Part shown: positions 42,088 through 53,700 of the stretch, one piece after another
Numbering within the stretch: the stretch's first letter is position 1
Layout of the letters: every line of letters starts with the position of its first letter
IMG/VR virus record: IMGVR_UViG_2916441648_000002
Coordinates: 1-64,000 of that record
From: a virus
Lineage: Duplodnaviria; Caudoviricetes
Strand: one strand, 5' to 3'
Length of the DNA: 64,000 nt
The notes under the pieces: generated by a model
What the model was told of the DNA's origin: nothing
Seen by the model: only the letters and a program-made list of their open reading frames with translations
The model's database searches: none
Translations under genes and position numbers: made by a program

Positions 42088-43395
42088 TTATTTATTCTGG
42101 ATAATGTTTTGATCTTCATGAGAAGACTTAGCATGCATGTTCCAAATGCTGTCATCTGGCATATCAAGGCGCACGTCTATCCAGCTGTTGTCTGGTACGT
42201 CCATCGGCTCACCTTTTGTTTTAACGATCTCACCATCATCGCTAAGCATGTACTTGCGTTTAAATAGACGAATTGTCAGGCCGCCGCTTTCCGTTTGCTC
42301 TGCCTCAACCACACCCAACTCACCCATTCCGCCTGGGTCCATCGGTGGAAGAAGTTGCCACCCCTCAGATGCCAGGCCCGCTGAACCCGTAAGTACATAA
42401 ACACCAACATCAAAACGGGTAATTTTGATGCCCTCCGCTTCTTCGTTAGCCGTTCCGCATCCGCACCAGGTGAAACCTTCTTCTGCCACATCAGTACGCT
42501 GGCTATCTTCCTTAGATTTGACGATACGAGCCACCGGCGATGCTGCTTTAAGCGTTCCATCACTGGCTTTTGTGGTGTTGGCGGTTGAGTAATTTTCATA
42601 CCAGCTTGTATAGGTTCCACCTTCCAGAGCCCGAAGGTAAGAACGCCCGCCTCTGAATGCAACCTGTGTATTATAAGCGGATAACTGTGTGGAGTGGGTT
42701 ACTGTAAAACCAAAAACAACACCGGAGATCGGTCCGCTACCTTGCCCAGTCCAGAAACAGGTTTTACCGGCAAACGTATTGATGTTTTCAGACCCAGTTC
42801 CGATACTGTTGCCTCCAATACCAGAAGAACCTACCGTAACAACGTTTTCACGAGACTCGCCAGTATTAAGAGTGGCTACGTTGCCCAAACCGAGGTTTGT
42901 GCGAACGCCTGCAGCGTTCGTTGCACCTGTCCCGCCCTGGCTGATACTGAGCGCGGTAGTCAGGCCGCTTAGGCTGGTTATATCGCTGTTAGCCCCTTTC
43001 TTCGCCAGTGATTTCTGACCCGGTACTGTGACGGCCACGCCGTTAATCGTGATGGTGACGTCTGTAGTACCGTTCATCACATCAGCGAACCCGCTCATGT
43101 AGCGCTGGTACATCGTGAAGGTTTCAGCAATATCCTGTGCCAGGCCGTCAACGCTCAGGCTGTCGCTCAGAAGAATGGCGTATTTAGTTCCAGAAGGTAC
43201 GGCAGGGTTAGCAGCGGGCGTAACGGTAAGAGAGGTTGCGCTTCCAATCGCGGTAATCTGAAAAACCTGCGCCGGACTGGTCAGGGCGATAACAGTGCAG
43301 CCGTTACGAATAAGTGAGCCAGCTGCAGTGAAGTTTGTGCCGGTACCTGTAAGGGTGTTTCCGCTGATGGCAATAGTGCCAGTGGTATAAATCAT
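42088..43395 (-). CDS. Tail fibre / receptor-binding protein
   Basis: MIYTTGTIAISGNTLTGTGT anchor, KGANSDITSL and GGTGAT fibre motifs, conserved DGTLKAASPV C-terminal domain. Confidence 0.75.
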   Translation of the reverse strand: MIYTTGTIAISGNTLTGTGTNFTAAGSLIRNGCTVIALTSPAQVFQITAIGSATSLTVTPAANPAVPSGTKYAILLSDSLSVDGLAQDIAETFTMYQRYMSGFADVMNGTTDVTITINGVAVTVPGQKSLAKKGANSDITSLSGLTTALSISQGGTGATNAAGVRTNLGLGNVATLNTGESRENVVTVGSSGIGGNSIGTGSENINTFAGKTCFWTGQGSGPISGVVFGFTVTHSTQLSAYNTQVAFRGGRSYLRALEGGTYTSWYENYSTANTTKASDGTLKAASPVARIVKSKEDSQRTDVAEEGFTWCGCGTANEEAEGIKITRFDVGVYVLTGSAGLASEGWQLLPPMDPGGMGELGVVEAEQTESGGLTIRLFKRKYMLSDDGEIVKTKGEPMDVPDNSWIDVRLDMPDDSIWNMHAKSSHEDQNIIQNK

Positions 43396-43456
43396 ATTTT
43401 CTCCAGGAAATAAAAACCCCCGCCGGAGCGAGGGTGCATTTAAATGGTGATATTTT

Positions 43457-44422
43457 TCAGACGTACATATCGGGAAGAACGGGAAGACTGAGGGGCGTTA
43501 CCGTGTCATTACCAAAAATGGCATATTGTTCGCGCCCGAGATACTTGCCTCCCTGAACTGAAGCGTAACCATTCTGAATTTTTATACCGAACATTCGATA
43601 CACATATACCCCGTTAACCTCATGGGTCATTAACCCAAACCTGCCCAGCGGAACATACCCGCTGCCTATGTTCACAGCGCTTTTAGAAGGCGACCAGAGT
43701 TGATTGAGGTATACGAAAGGTCGTTTTGTGGTTGAAAAGGTACAGGCCCCTGCAGCATTGAAAATATTGAGGCCGATACCAGCCTGCGGCGCTACACCAC
43801 TGGCGAAGATAACGATGTCTATCGTGCCGGTCGCGGGAGCGTCATCGTTCGTGGACGGAGGGCTGAAGAACCTGACCGTGTTACCGTCGAAGTCAATCGT
43901 GTTACCACTGTTACAGCGCCCGAAAACGACATACTTCGACTTGTCGTATCCTGCTATCGTGGGAACCGCCCACCCCCCGGTCGGAACATTAACGGTACCC
44001 TTCCAGATACACTGCCCTGACTGCGTGGCATTGGTTATCGAGGTGAAGTCAGTACTGTCGCTGATAAGCAGGCCCACCCCGCTTCGCTGACCTGTCGGAA
44101 ATATCTGCCAGACACTACCGGGAAACGTATAGGTGCTATCTCTTTCACTAATGCCCAGAGCCTGCATTCTCGAATTCTGCGTAACCCTGCCACCAGAGAT
44201 GGTGATGGAATTCATTTTATGCCACAGCCCCGCATCAACATAGGCAGTCGCATGCGGTATAAACAGCACCTGCGCACCTGAAACATAACCGGCAATATCC
44301 ACATACTTTGATTTCTGGTAGCCAGTATCAAAGCTTGCACCAAACGACGGGCATCTCAGGCCCGCAGTTATCTCCATGCGCTTTCCACCGTCATTCAGGT
44401 CAATCAAAAGTCCTCTTGGCAT
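43457..44422 (-). CDS. Minor tail protein downstream of J (DUF6453-like)
   Basis: Coupled to J; GLNIFNAAGACTFST motif. Confidence 0.65.
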   Translation of the reverse strand: MPRGLLIDLNDGGKRMEITAGLRCPSFGASFDTGYQKSKYVDIAGYVSGAQVLFIPHATAYVDAGLWHKMNSITISGGRVTQNSRMQALGISERDSTYTFPGSVWQIFPTGQRSGVGLLISDSTDFTSITNATQSGQCIWKGTVNVPTGGWAVPTIAGYDKSKYVVFGRCNSGNTIDFDGNTVRFFSPPSTNDDAPATGTIDIVIFASGVAPQAGIGLNIFNAAGACTFSTTKRPFVYLNQLWSPSKSAVNIGSGYVPLGRFGLMTHEVNGVYVYRMFGIKIQNGYASVQGGKYLGREQYAIFGNDTVTPLSLPVLPDMYV

Positions 44423-44423
44423 A

Positions 44424-47400
44424 TTATGTCCATTCTCCAAGTACGATACGGCCGCCTCCGGTCAGGTTGATAGTGACACCATTGCTATCAATCACAGTCG
44501 CCTTGTTCGGTCCACTGAAGCCAAAGTTACCCGTTGTGGCGTAAAGTGCCCCACGGAAGGTGCCACTGTTAAACTCTGGTGAGCCATTTTTGGGAATACT
44601 CCAGCCCTTTGAGCCAGCCGCATAATCATTGGACTGGATGTAGTTACCGATCTTGGCGTTGCTGATGGTACCGTCCTGGATGAACGTATCCCGGATAAAT
44701 GTCTGCCCATTCTGGATGACAAAAGGCAGAGTAACTGCGCCGCCAGCCTGACTCATCACAGCGAAGCGGTCAGCAAGGAACAGAACCTGCGGTTGCATGC
44801 CGGACGGCGTATTCTGAACACCAATGCCAATTCCTGCTGCGTACTGTTTGCCATTAGAATCAACAGCGACCTTGATGCTGTACATCGCATTCAGGTTGTT
44901 ATTGATATCTGCCGACACCTGAGCGTTCGTGACAATTGCCGCTGACTGACCGTTAACCGTGACCTTTAGCGAATTGATTTGCGTAGCAGATGCCTGAGAG
45001 AAGTCCGCCATGGTTTTGGCAAAATCCGTCACGTTCGCGGTGTTACCACCTGCGCTGGAGTCCAGCGTTTTCAGCGATTCAGTAACTGCTTTGCTCGCAT
45101 CAGCCATCACGTTATCAACGCGCTCAATACCGGCTTTGTTATCGCCATATTGCACGCTCAGGAGGTTGCGCTGGTTAACCTGCGCGAGCGTACTGGTGAT
45201 CAGCGCGATAGCATTGTTCTGAATACCGCCGCTGGCCTTATCAGTTTGTGCTCCCAGTTCTTCCAGGCGTGATGCCATTGAGGAATCGAGGTCTGTGACA
45301 ACCTGGCTAAGGTCAGTGATTGATGCTGTATTCTGAGCACCTACAGCAGCTGCTGAATCAGCTTTATCAGAGGCGCTCTGCGTGGCAGCAGTCAATTGGC
45401 TTACCGCAGAAGCGCGAGCTTCAGTTTCCGTTGCTAACGCCTGGCGAACATCAGTAATACCCGCTTCATTCTGGGCAGTTTTCGCCTCAAGACGAGTAAC
45501 ATCCGTAACGCGGGCTTCCGTCTCAGTGGCGATCACCTCCCTGAGCTGTTCGAATGTCGCAGAGTTAGCGCCCTGCTGGGCTGTCTGGCGCACGACAACA
45601 TCGGCAATAGCCAGCGCGTTTCCGATGATTGCTTCTGCTGTCTGCTTATTCGAACCTACTGCTGCAGCCAGCCCATCGGCGTTCTCCTTAATTGCATCAG
45701 AAAGCTCGGCCAGTTTCTCGCTACTGTCTACAGCACTTTCAATCAGATCCTTAAATACCTCGGAATCTTTAATCTCCTCCAGGATCGCATCGGTGATATC
45801 GGATACATCGATGCTCGCCTGTCCGCGCACCCAGTCTGTGTACCCTGATTCGTTGCCGCTGCGGTCCACCAGCTGCGCGCGGTACCAGAAAATCTGCCCA
45901 GCCTTCAGGCCCATCTGCTGATATTTGCGCTGCGGATAGGGTACGTCTGCCAGCAGCATCGCATCGTCTTCCGTCCCGGTCAGGCTGTACTGAATTTCCG
46001 TCTTCAGCGTGTCGTCGGTGTTCGCCGGGAATCCCCAGCTCAGCTCGATACCGAAAACCACATTATCAGAAGCGATGAAGCCGACCGGTTTCGGCGGATT
46101 GCCCACTTTACCCGTAAGATTTACTTCTGATGATGTCGCCCATACTGATGAAACGTCGCTGGCGTTCACCGCCCTGACACGGACCAGATAGCGACCCGAG
46201 TAGATGCCCTGCACTTCAAAGCCGAGAGAAGACGTTCGGGGCACACTAATCCAGTTGCCGCTGTCACGCCGCCATTCCGCCTCGTAAGCAACTGCACCCT
46301 GAACAGAATCCCAGGCAACGCGCATAGTGGTAATCGCAATGTTCTGGTTAACCGTAGAGTAACTGTCTACGACAATATTTCCTGGGGGAGCCTGAACCCC
46401 CGGTGGAATGACACTGACTGGCCGCTCGTCCAGTCTTGCGCCGGTATCAACAGCGGAATAGATATCAGGGTTGTAAGTCGTCCCGGTGACCTCGAAAGTA
46501 CCGTCGTTGTTGTCCCGCGTTCCCGTAACACGGAAAAGCGCTATAAACAGATCGTCAGAGTCCACACCCCAGTTACATTCAGCCTCCGGCGTTTCGCTGT
46601 AGGGTGTGGTGACAGTGACTGTGTTTCCGTTAACGGCCTGGACGGTTCTGGCCTGAGCTGTGCCTGACGGAAGATTCAAAAACAGCCTGTTACCGGCTTT
46701 CACATCAGCAGCGCGATCGAGGGTTATGTTGCGGCCGTTAACCGCACTCACCCTGCCGCCGATAGTTCTTCCGGCCAGCTCGTTAGCAGCCACGCCGATC
46801 ACCTCACCAACAGGGGGGACGTCCATGCCTGTGCTGAAGGTCACCACCTCGCCGATACCGTTGGTAAGCAACGCCCAGCGCCCCCGCCGGTTTGCCTCTG
46901 ACTGCCTGGTGCAGCCGATCGCAGTCATTTCGAGCTGACGATAATCGAAGCGCATGGCCAGATCGCTATCGTAAACAGGCTCAGGCGTATCTTTGTAGTG
47001 GTTGGCAGGATCTGACCAGTTCACCAGCGCGGCAGTGTTTCGGGTGGTTTCACTCGGGTCCGCAAAGGTAAATTTTCCTTCAACAACGCTGGCGTGGTTG
47101 TAGATGTGCCACACATCCCGGGGCATATCGGCCAGGACATACATCTTATTGTCGCCCCAGTACGTCATGCCGCGAAATATACCCGCCAGATCACGAAGTA
47201 CGGTCCAGGCGTCATTACGGTCCTGGATATAAACGTTGCAACGAAAACGAGGCTCCGTCCCGCTGCCGCCCTTGCCGTCTGGTACCAGTTGATCGCAATA
47301 CTGGGCGATGCGATAAAGTTCCCATTTGTCTATCTGAGTCGCATCGATTCTTTGACCCAGCCCGAAGCGCTCGTTCAGAATGATGTCGTAATAAATCCAG

Positions 47401-48260
47401 GCAGGGTTATCCGTCCACGCCCATTTAAATACGCCCTCCCATGTACCAGAATAAGTGCGGGTTTCGGGATCATAAGTATCAGGTACACGGATGATTCGCC
47501 CTTTCGGATTGCAAACAACCTGAGGAATGCCATTAGGGAACTGCTTTGCGTCAAACTCTACATACAGCAGCGCTGTGTTAACGTAGCGAAGTTTGGCGTC
47601 AATAATTTCAGTAACGGCCACAACGCGCATGGTGTCGACGATATTCACGCTCGTGGAATCCGGCGTGATTCTGCGAACCCGCAACTGCCATCCAGTCGAG
47701 GCTTTCGGAAGATTGACGCGGTGACTGCGCTCATAAAGCGACGTGGTTTTGTCATCAACAGCACCGTTAACCACCGTTTCATACGGCCCGCCATCGACCG
47801 ACAGATCGATAGCATACTCGACGCGGGTGCCGACTTTATCACCGTTGTTTTTCTGGAGTAAAAGAGTTGGCCATCCCAGGCGAATTCGCAGCGCAGAGAG
47901 CTGCGTGTTGGATACCGCGCGCACGTACGGCACAGCCTGTTTCAGCTCGTATGAAACCTGAAGTTCGTTTTCAATGCCGGGGAAGCCCTGAATGTAGTCC
48001 TGGTCCTGAGTACCGGAACGGAACTCATATTTCACATTATTGAAGTTATAACTTCCGTCGGCGTTCTGAAGAGGCGTGTAGGAAGATGAGTCACCAAGAA
48101 AAATGTTTTTACCATCAAGCCCGCCAGCGAACTCACCCTCTCCAAGCGCAATCAGCACCTTTGCCCTTGCAATGGACTGAATGCTGTCCGGTGCTTCAAC
48201 GGGTGTTCGGGTCTGATTGCTGCCACCTTTACCGCGGCCTTTGATGATTGTCGTCGTCAT
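44424..48260 (-). CDS. J: Host specificity protein J
   Basis: 1278 aa; IALGEGE, TDNPAWI, FN3 repeats, coiled coil, FLADRFAV, IQDGTISNAKIG. Confidence 0.93.
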   Translation of the reverse strand: MTTTIIKGRGKGGSNQTRTPVEAPDSIQSIARAKVLIALGEGEFAGGLDGKNIFLGDSSSYTPLQNADGSYNFNNVKYEFRSGTQDQDYIQGFPGIENELQVSYELKQAVPYVRAVSNTQLSALRIRLGWPTLLLQKNNGDKVGTRVEYAIDLSVDGGPYETVVNGAVDDKTTSLYERSHRVNLPKASTGWQLRVRRITPDSTSVNIVDTMRVVAVTEIIDAKLRYVNTALLYVEFDAKQFPNGIPQVVCNPKGRIIRVPDTYDPETRTYSGTWEGVFKWAWTDNPAWIYYDIILNERFGLGQRIDATQIDKWELYRIAQYCDQLVPDGKGGSGTEPRFRCNVYIQDRNDAWTVLRDLAGIFRGMTYWGDNKMYVLADMPRDVWHIYNHASVVEGKFTFADPSETTRNTAALVNWSDPANHYKDTPEPVYDSDLAMRFDYRQLEMTAIGCTRQSEANRRGRWALLTNGIGEVVTFSTGMDVPPVGEVIGVAANELAGRTIGGRVSAVNGRNITLDRAADVKAGNRLFLNLPSGTAQARTVQAVNGNTVTVTTPYSETPEAECNWGVDSDDLFIALFRVTGTRDNNDGTFEVTGTTYNPDIYSAVDTGARLDERPVSVIPPGVQAPPGNIVVDSYSTVNQNIAITTMRVAWDSVQGAVAYEAEWRRDSGNWISVPRTSSLGFEVQGIYSGRYLVRVRAVNASDVSSVWATSSEVNLTGKVGNPPKPVGFIASDNVVFGIELSWGFPANTDDTLKTEIQYSLTGTEDDAMLLADVPYPQRKYQQMGLKAGQIFWYRAQLVDRSGNESGYTDWVRGQASIDVSDITDAILEEIKDSEVFKDLIESAVDSSEKLAELSDAIKENADGLAAAVGSNKQTAEAIIGNALAIADVVVRQTAQQGANSATFEQLREVIATETEARVTDVTRLEAKTAQNEAGITDVRQALATETEARASAVSQLTAATQSASDKADSAAAVGAQNTASITDLSQVVTDLDSSMASRLEELGAQTDKASGGIQNNAIALITSTLAQVNQRNLLSVQYGDNKAGIERVDNVMADASKAVTESLKTLDSSAGGNTANVTDFAKTMADFSQASATQINSLKVTVNGQSAAIVTNAQVSADINNNLNAMYSIKVAVDSNGKQYAAGIGIGVQNTPSGMQPQVLFLADRFAVMSQAGGAVTLPFVIQNGQTFIRDTFIQDGTISNAKIGNYIQSNDYAAGSKGWSIPKNGSPEFNSGTFRGALYATTGNFGFSGPNKATVIDSNGVTINLTGGGRIVLGEWT

Positions 48261-48312
48261 ATCGCGTCCATAAAAAAGCCACCGTCAGGTGGCTTGCAGT
48301 ACGTGGTTTGGT

Positions 48313-48900
48313 TTATTGCTGATCTTCTGCATAAACCCCGGCGGATATAATGGCGCCGCCAATTTCCCGTTGCCCATAAAGCAGGGGGACTGGATTTCCA
48401 GATGCCGTCGTGTTAACGGGACCACCAAACGCATAGGAGGGTTTGTTATCAGGATCCTGACGCATTCGCAGACCTGAAACCTGAGGAGAGAGCATTTGCA
48501 CTACACCGCCAACGGCCATAGAACCAGCTGCGGCATATAGTGCCATTTGTGTGCTTGCTGCCCATCCTATTGGATTCCACCAGGTGAAGGCCGCAATTGC
48601 GGCGGCAGTAACAATTTGAAAGAGGCCCGCCCTTTTACTACCGCGTATGACAGGGATAATTCGGATCTCATCGCCAGGCCCAAGAAGATCAAACTCTTCC
48701 TTGCCTATGTTAATTTCGTTTCGGAAGATGACAAAATCCAGCCCTTTCGCTCTGGTCTCGCGCAGGTAAGCATCAAAGCCATCAATGGTGTTAGAAAGCG
48801 CTCTGAATACTTCGCTGGCGGACGTTAGTGCACGGCGATGTGTCCTGCCGAATCGCTGAGCCATTGAGCCGCTGAGTTTGATAATGGTTTTTCTTTCCAT
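48313..48900 (-). CDS. I: Tail assembly protein I
   Basis: PSYAFGGPVNT..GNPVPLLYG.REIGGAIISAG. Confidence 0.9.
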   Translation of the reverse strand: MERKTIIKLSGSMAQRFGRTHRRALTSASEVFRALSNTIDGFDAYLRETRAKGLDFVIFRNEINIGKEEFDLLGPGDEIRIIPVIRGSKRAGLFQIVTAAAIAAFTWWNPIGWAASTQMALYAAAGSMAVGGVVQMLSPQVSGLRMRQDPDNKPSYAFGGPVNTTASGNPVPLLYGQREIGGAIISAGVYAEDQQ

Positions 48901-49610
48901 TACATCAAATCCTTATAACGCAGAATTTTGATGGTACGGTCACGGTAATAGCCACCGTAGGGAATACGCTGGCTTAGCTGGCCATACATGTGATGCAGTA
49001 GCATGTTGCCATCAAGCAAAATCCCGGCATGGTTCGGGACGGTGGACTGAACCTGCATGATAACCATATCACCGGGCTGAGCGGGACCGTCGTACTCACG
49101 GAAACCGCATTCCTGCCAGTTATCCATATAGAGATTTTCACCCTGCTCCCACCAGTGGCGATCTACACTGTAGTTGGGCAGTTCAATGCCGTGTTCGATG
49201 CGGAAATAGTCCATGATGAGAGACCAGCAGTCTGCATATCCGAGTACAAACTGGCGCCCTGTGAGGGGTCGGTCTCCGCGAGGCATGACGGTGCGAATGT
49301 CGCCCTCCGGCCACGATGCAATAATCCAGGGCAGTTCCGTGGCATCACACATCAGCATGTCGAGCTCGCTCGGCTGGGTTGTTGCCCCGTCGCCGGGGTG
49401 ACTGTGGACGATCGCCACCACAGTACCCTGCTCTTCGGCGGCCGCATAATCCTCAGGATTGAGTTCAAATTGCTCAGTTGGCGACTCAGCATTATTTTTG
49501 CAGGGGATGTACTTCTCCACCCGCCCCTTCTGGATAACCACGCCACAGCACTCTTCAGGGAAGGATGCGGCGGCATGCGCCAGAATGGCGCTAACTGTTT
49601 TCTCGCGCAT
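48900..49610 (-). CDS. K: Tail assembly protein K (JAB + NlpC/P60)
   Basis: PEECCG, HSHP, DCW, NHAG motifs. Confidence 0.9.
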   Translation of the reverse strand: MREKTVSAILAHAAASFPEECCGVVIQKGRVEKYIPCKNNAESPTEQFELNPEDYAAAEEQGTVVAIVHSHPGDGATTQPSELDMLMCDATELPWIIASWPEGDIRTVMPRGDRPLTGRQFVLGYADCWSLIMDYFRIEHGIELPNYSVDRHWWEQGENLYMDNWQECGFREYDGPAQPGDMVIMQVQSTVPNHAGILLDGNMLLHHMYGQLSQRIPYGGYYRDRTIKILRYKDLM

Positions 49611-49612
49611 GA

Positions 49613-50371
49613 TTATCCTCTCAGAAGTGAAGCCCCAGGGAACCCGCCATAATCCAGTTGCTCATTCTCTCCGAAACGAGGTTTGCAGCCCGTTGACAGC
49701 AGTCCGGAGCAAACATCCTGTGAAGGATCGTCCACCCGGTTGCCGTCTTTATCGAACCAGCCATTTTGCCCGGCGTAGGTGCAGCCGTTCCCGGTTTTGT
49801 ACCAGCCCCGCATACACCACGTACACATGGGCTGAATCTGCCGGGTAGGGATTAACTGCCCGCGAAGATCAGCAGGACTGGAAAGCTCAAACTCTACTGT
49901 TTCATCATCAGAGCCTGATTTTCTGTCGATGTAATAAACCTGCTTGCGTTCCTCATTGGGATTCGCGGTTGGGTTACCATCAGAAAAGTTTCTGGCGTCA
50001 AGGTAATGAGCGAAGGTGTCGTGGATTATCACCTTAGCTTTTGCCATACCCTGAAATCGCCGGCAAAGCGCACCAATCGTGCCGCTGATGTTTGCCACGG
50101 TGAGAGACGGCCGTGAACTCTGGCCGTCACTGCTGACAGATATGCCGGTCAGTTCATACGGCCACGCGCCATACTCCTGCCCCTGCCACCACACCGACTT
50201 CGGCTCAAGTTTTGACTCGTCGCCGCCTGCGGCGATGATTTCCGCCTCGGTATGCGGGATTGTCTCGTTGTGAAAGCGAAGAATACCGGCACCGAAAGCT
50301 GAGCCGTCCACCTCGATCAGACGGACGCGTTTACCCGGTTCCAGTTTCTGGACATCAGATGAAATGCTCAT
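49613..50371 (-). CDS. L: Minor tail protein L
   Basis: VEFELSSP, Cys cluster CTWC..C..C..C, YGGFPG; ATGA coupling with M. Confidence 0.9.
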   Translation of the reverse strand: MSISSDVQKLEPGKRVRLIEVDGSAFGAGILRFHNETIPHTEAEIIAAGGDESKLEPKSVWWQGQEYGAWPYELTGISVSSDGQSSRPSLTVANISGTIGALCRRFQGMAKAKVIIHDTFAHYLDARNFSDGNPTANPNEERKQVYYIDRKSGSDDETVEFELSSPADLRGQLIPTRQIQPMCTWCMRGWYKTGNGCTYAGQNGWFDKDGNRVDDPSQDVCSGLLSTGCKPRFGENEQLDYGGFPGASLLRG

Positions 50372-50706
50372 GGATGGTATGCCTGTATGAATGTGCTGCT
50401 GAGGGTGTATTTTTTGTTGCCGTGGGTAGATATCTGGAAGGATTCCGCGCGCCATAAACCTGAAGGCTCAAGCGGCGGCTTCCAGATAAATGACTTCCAC
50501 CCTGCATGTCTGTTCAGAAAGTTTTTAATGGCCTGAATGTAAGCCTCGTCACCGGTAAAGCTCACGCTCCACTGAGGTGTTACCGGGTTGATACCGTCCC
50601 CGGCCACCTGCGCATAGCCATCGCCAAACTGTGCCTTTCGGGTACGAAAATTTGTATCAACCTGAGAGGCAACCTTTGGGCACCAGCTGAAGGTTTCGAC
50701 TGCCAT
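50368..50706 (-). CDS. M: Minor tail protein M
   Basis: AQFGDGYAQ..GIN, FLNRHAGWKSFIW. Confidence 0.9.
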   Translation of the reverse strand: MAVETFSWCPKVASQVDTNFRTRKAQFGDGYAQVAGDGINPVTPQWSVSFTGDEAYIQAIKNFLNRHAGWKSFIWKPPLEPSGLWRAESFQISTHGNKKYTLSSTFIQAYHP

Positions 50707-50708
50707 GG

Positions 50709-53700
50709 TTAAACTCCCTTGATTAATCGCCACAGAGGCGAGCCCGGCATGCTGGCCTGTTCGTTAATGACACCAGTGATGGCATCCTTAAGCTGCCTGC
50801 CTGCTGCTCCAGCAGTACCCTGACTGGCCGCCTGGGATGATCCGCCCTGAATATTGATATCGCCGAAGTTAACTGAAGGCACGCCGCCAGAGACCTGCGG
50901 CATCCCTACTGCGCGAACAGCAAGATCACCATTAGGTGCCCGCGTGAGTGGCATGATTGCTTCAGGACCTGCCTCGCCGAAAATCCCTGCGCCTTTAGCA
51001 AAAGCAAACAGTTGAGGTGTCTGAAAAACACCATTGCTGTAAGCGCTCAGGGACGGAGAGTCGTAAACATTACCCTTCGCATTAAAGGTAAAGTTCGCGC
51101 CGGCATTCTGAATAGCGGTACCGCTGCTGGCGGTTGCGGCTGACGAGGCGCCAAAACTGAACAGTGATCCAATTGAGCTGACGCCATTAGCAACAGCCAT
51201 ATTCACCAGGACGTTCTGGATAATCTTCAGTACGCTGACGCCCCAGTCCTTCCAGCTGTCAACGTTGCCATTGAGCATGTCGGTGATCGTGGTGACCGCG
51301 CCACCCATGGCCTGCTTCATGCCGTCAGCGGCCATGGAAGAATAATCAGTAGCTTCGTCCACCCAGTTCGCATAACCCTCAGACAGTCCCGTCATCCAGT
51401 CGTCACGCTGCGCATCAGAAGCTGCGTAATATCCCTCCTGGTCGCGCAGGCGCTCTTCGAGGTAGCGCTTATTAAGTGCCAGCCCCTGCTGATAGAACGT
51501 CTCGTCGATTTCACCAGCCTGACGCTGGCGGAGAAGATCGGTATTCTTCTGCTCAAACTCCTTACGCAGATTGAACTGCTCCTGAAGTCTTTCACGGAAC
51601 CTGGAGCCCTGCCCGTAGCCCAGCAGTTGCGCTTCATTGGCTGCGCGGGCGCTGGCGTTACTGTCAGCAAGGTTGGCTTCGTAATTTCGCAGTTGCTCAC
51701 GTAATTTAACCTGGTCAATCAGCGCAGCATTCTGCAATACCGTCTTTTTCTGGGCTTCCGTCAGAGAAGCAAGTTCGCCCTGGCTGACCTGATATTTAAC
51801 CTTCGCCAGTTCAGTATTCTGACCTTGCAGGGCAATCTGCTCTTTTTGCTGCTTGATAAGGCGCTTATACACATCCTCGGTTTTCTCGCCTTCGGTTTTA
51901 CCGCCCTTCGCCTTAGGTTTGTTGGCCTCATTATTCCGCCATTCAGCAAGACCGTTATTAATCAACTCCTGACGGCCTGTCTGGAATTGCGGATCACTGG
52001 TTAACCCCAGGTCATCGGCTGCATAACTCAGTCGCAGACGCTCTTTTGCTTCACCCTTCAGGCGTGACAACTCCAGATCCCGACGGCTCTTTTCGAGGGC
52101 ATCGGTTTGCTTTTTGTCGAGGTCGGCCTGAGGAAGTCTGAGAGGGACGTTCGCCAGCCCTTGCCGAGCCATTAATAGCTGATTTCCCAGCCCCAGTAGA
52201 CGGTTAAATTCAGTATGCTGACCATTCATCATGATCATAGATTGATATACCGCATTCTGTCGCCAGGCTTGTTCGCGTATTAAATCATTACGACGCCGCT
52301 CAATTTCTTCGAGAGCCTGCTGTATGCCGCGAGATTTATCTCGCATGTCATTCAATTTTCCCTCTTCAACAGCGAGTTGATCCGTAACAATAGCTATTGC
52401 TTTAAGGATATTTGCATCGTTCTCGCTGGTAATGCCCGGTTTTCCACGCGATGCATTCAAATCGTCGATCTGGTTCTTCAGCTCACCAACCTTTTTGGCT
52501 TGCTCATCAACCAAACGATTTTGTTCAACGAGAGCCTCAACGGTTTGCCCACGATTTTCATCCGTCTCGGTCAGAGACATTTTTGAGGTTTTTTGCCTGA
52601 TTTCATCAATCTGACCAGCATACTCCTGGGCGGAACGACGTGCCTGCTCCTGATTCTGATACATCGTGTACCAGGCACCGGCCCCCAGCATCAACAGCCC
52701 AGGCAACCCGCCGACAAGACCCAGCAGGCCTGTAGCGCCTGTTTTTACAAGCCCCAGCACTGATGTTGCAGAGTTTAGTGCCTGCTGAGAGGCTGCAACG
52801 GCTCTGTTTGACTGTACCAGTGCCGCATTTGCTGCAATCATTGCCCGGCGCTTGGATATGGCATTTTGAGTGGCAGTAGCCTCAGCATTAGTATTCTTTG
52901 CCAGCACAAGTTCTGACTGGGCAAGCTGGTAAGCCCGCTCAGCAGCAATAGCATCGGCAGCGGCCTTGCGCTGTGATTGTGTGGCTGTACTTGCCCTTGC
53001 GGCGGCGAGCGCTATTTCATTTTTCCTCGCTTCAACCAACTGTGCCGTCTGGCTTCCAAGATCGCCAATCATGCCGCCAATAAATCTTGAACCTCCGATG
53101 GCCGCCAGCACGCCAGCAGCAGAGGCAACGGTATTGATATTATCTGAAATCGCATTCAATGCCCCGGTTAGCGCGCTTGTCGCCCCAGTGGCTTCATTTG
53201 CACCACCTACCCACGCCAGAAATGCGTTTTCAATTTTGGTCGTTGCTGATGCAACGGTCTGTGGCATCGCGCTATATTCATCCTGTAACGCCCCAAGCTG
53301 GCTGATTAAAGCCGGAACAACTTTATCGGCGGTAAGTTGTCCCTGATCGGCCATAGCCTTTAAGTCTTTCCTGGCGACACCCATGCCGGATGCCAGCGCG
53401 CGAATAACGCGATCACCGTTTTCGTTGACGGAGTTAAATTCCTCGCCACGAAGAACACCCTGCGCCAGAGCCTGGCTGAACTGCGTGATTACAGAACTGG
53501 CCTCAGACGAGCTTGCACCTGACAGCTTAAGCCCTGTTGATATAGCCTCGGTTACCTTCAGAACCTCTTCTGAACTGTAGCCATATTCACGCATAGAAGC
53601 GGCTGAACGCGCAAAGAGGCTGGCATTATCTGAAAATGCCGTACCGGTTCGCTGACTGATTTCCATCAGCGCGCGCTGTGACTCGTTGAAATCATCTGTA

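Noticed and set aside
45382-47861. Long plus-strand ORFs (45382-45921, 46660-46938, 47094-47861)
   Set aside because: Antisense shadows of J with no RBS or motifs.
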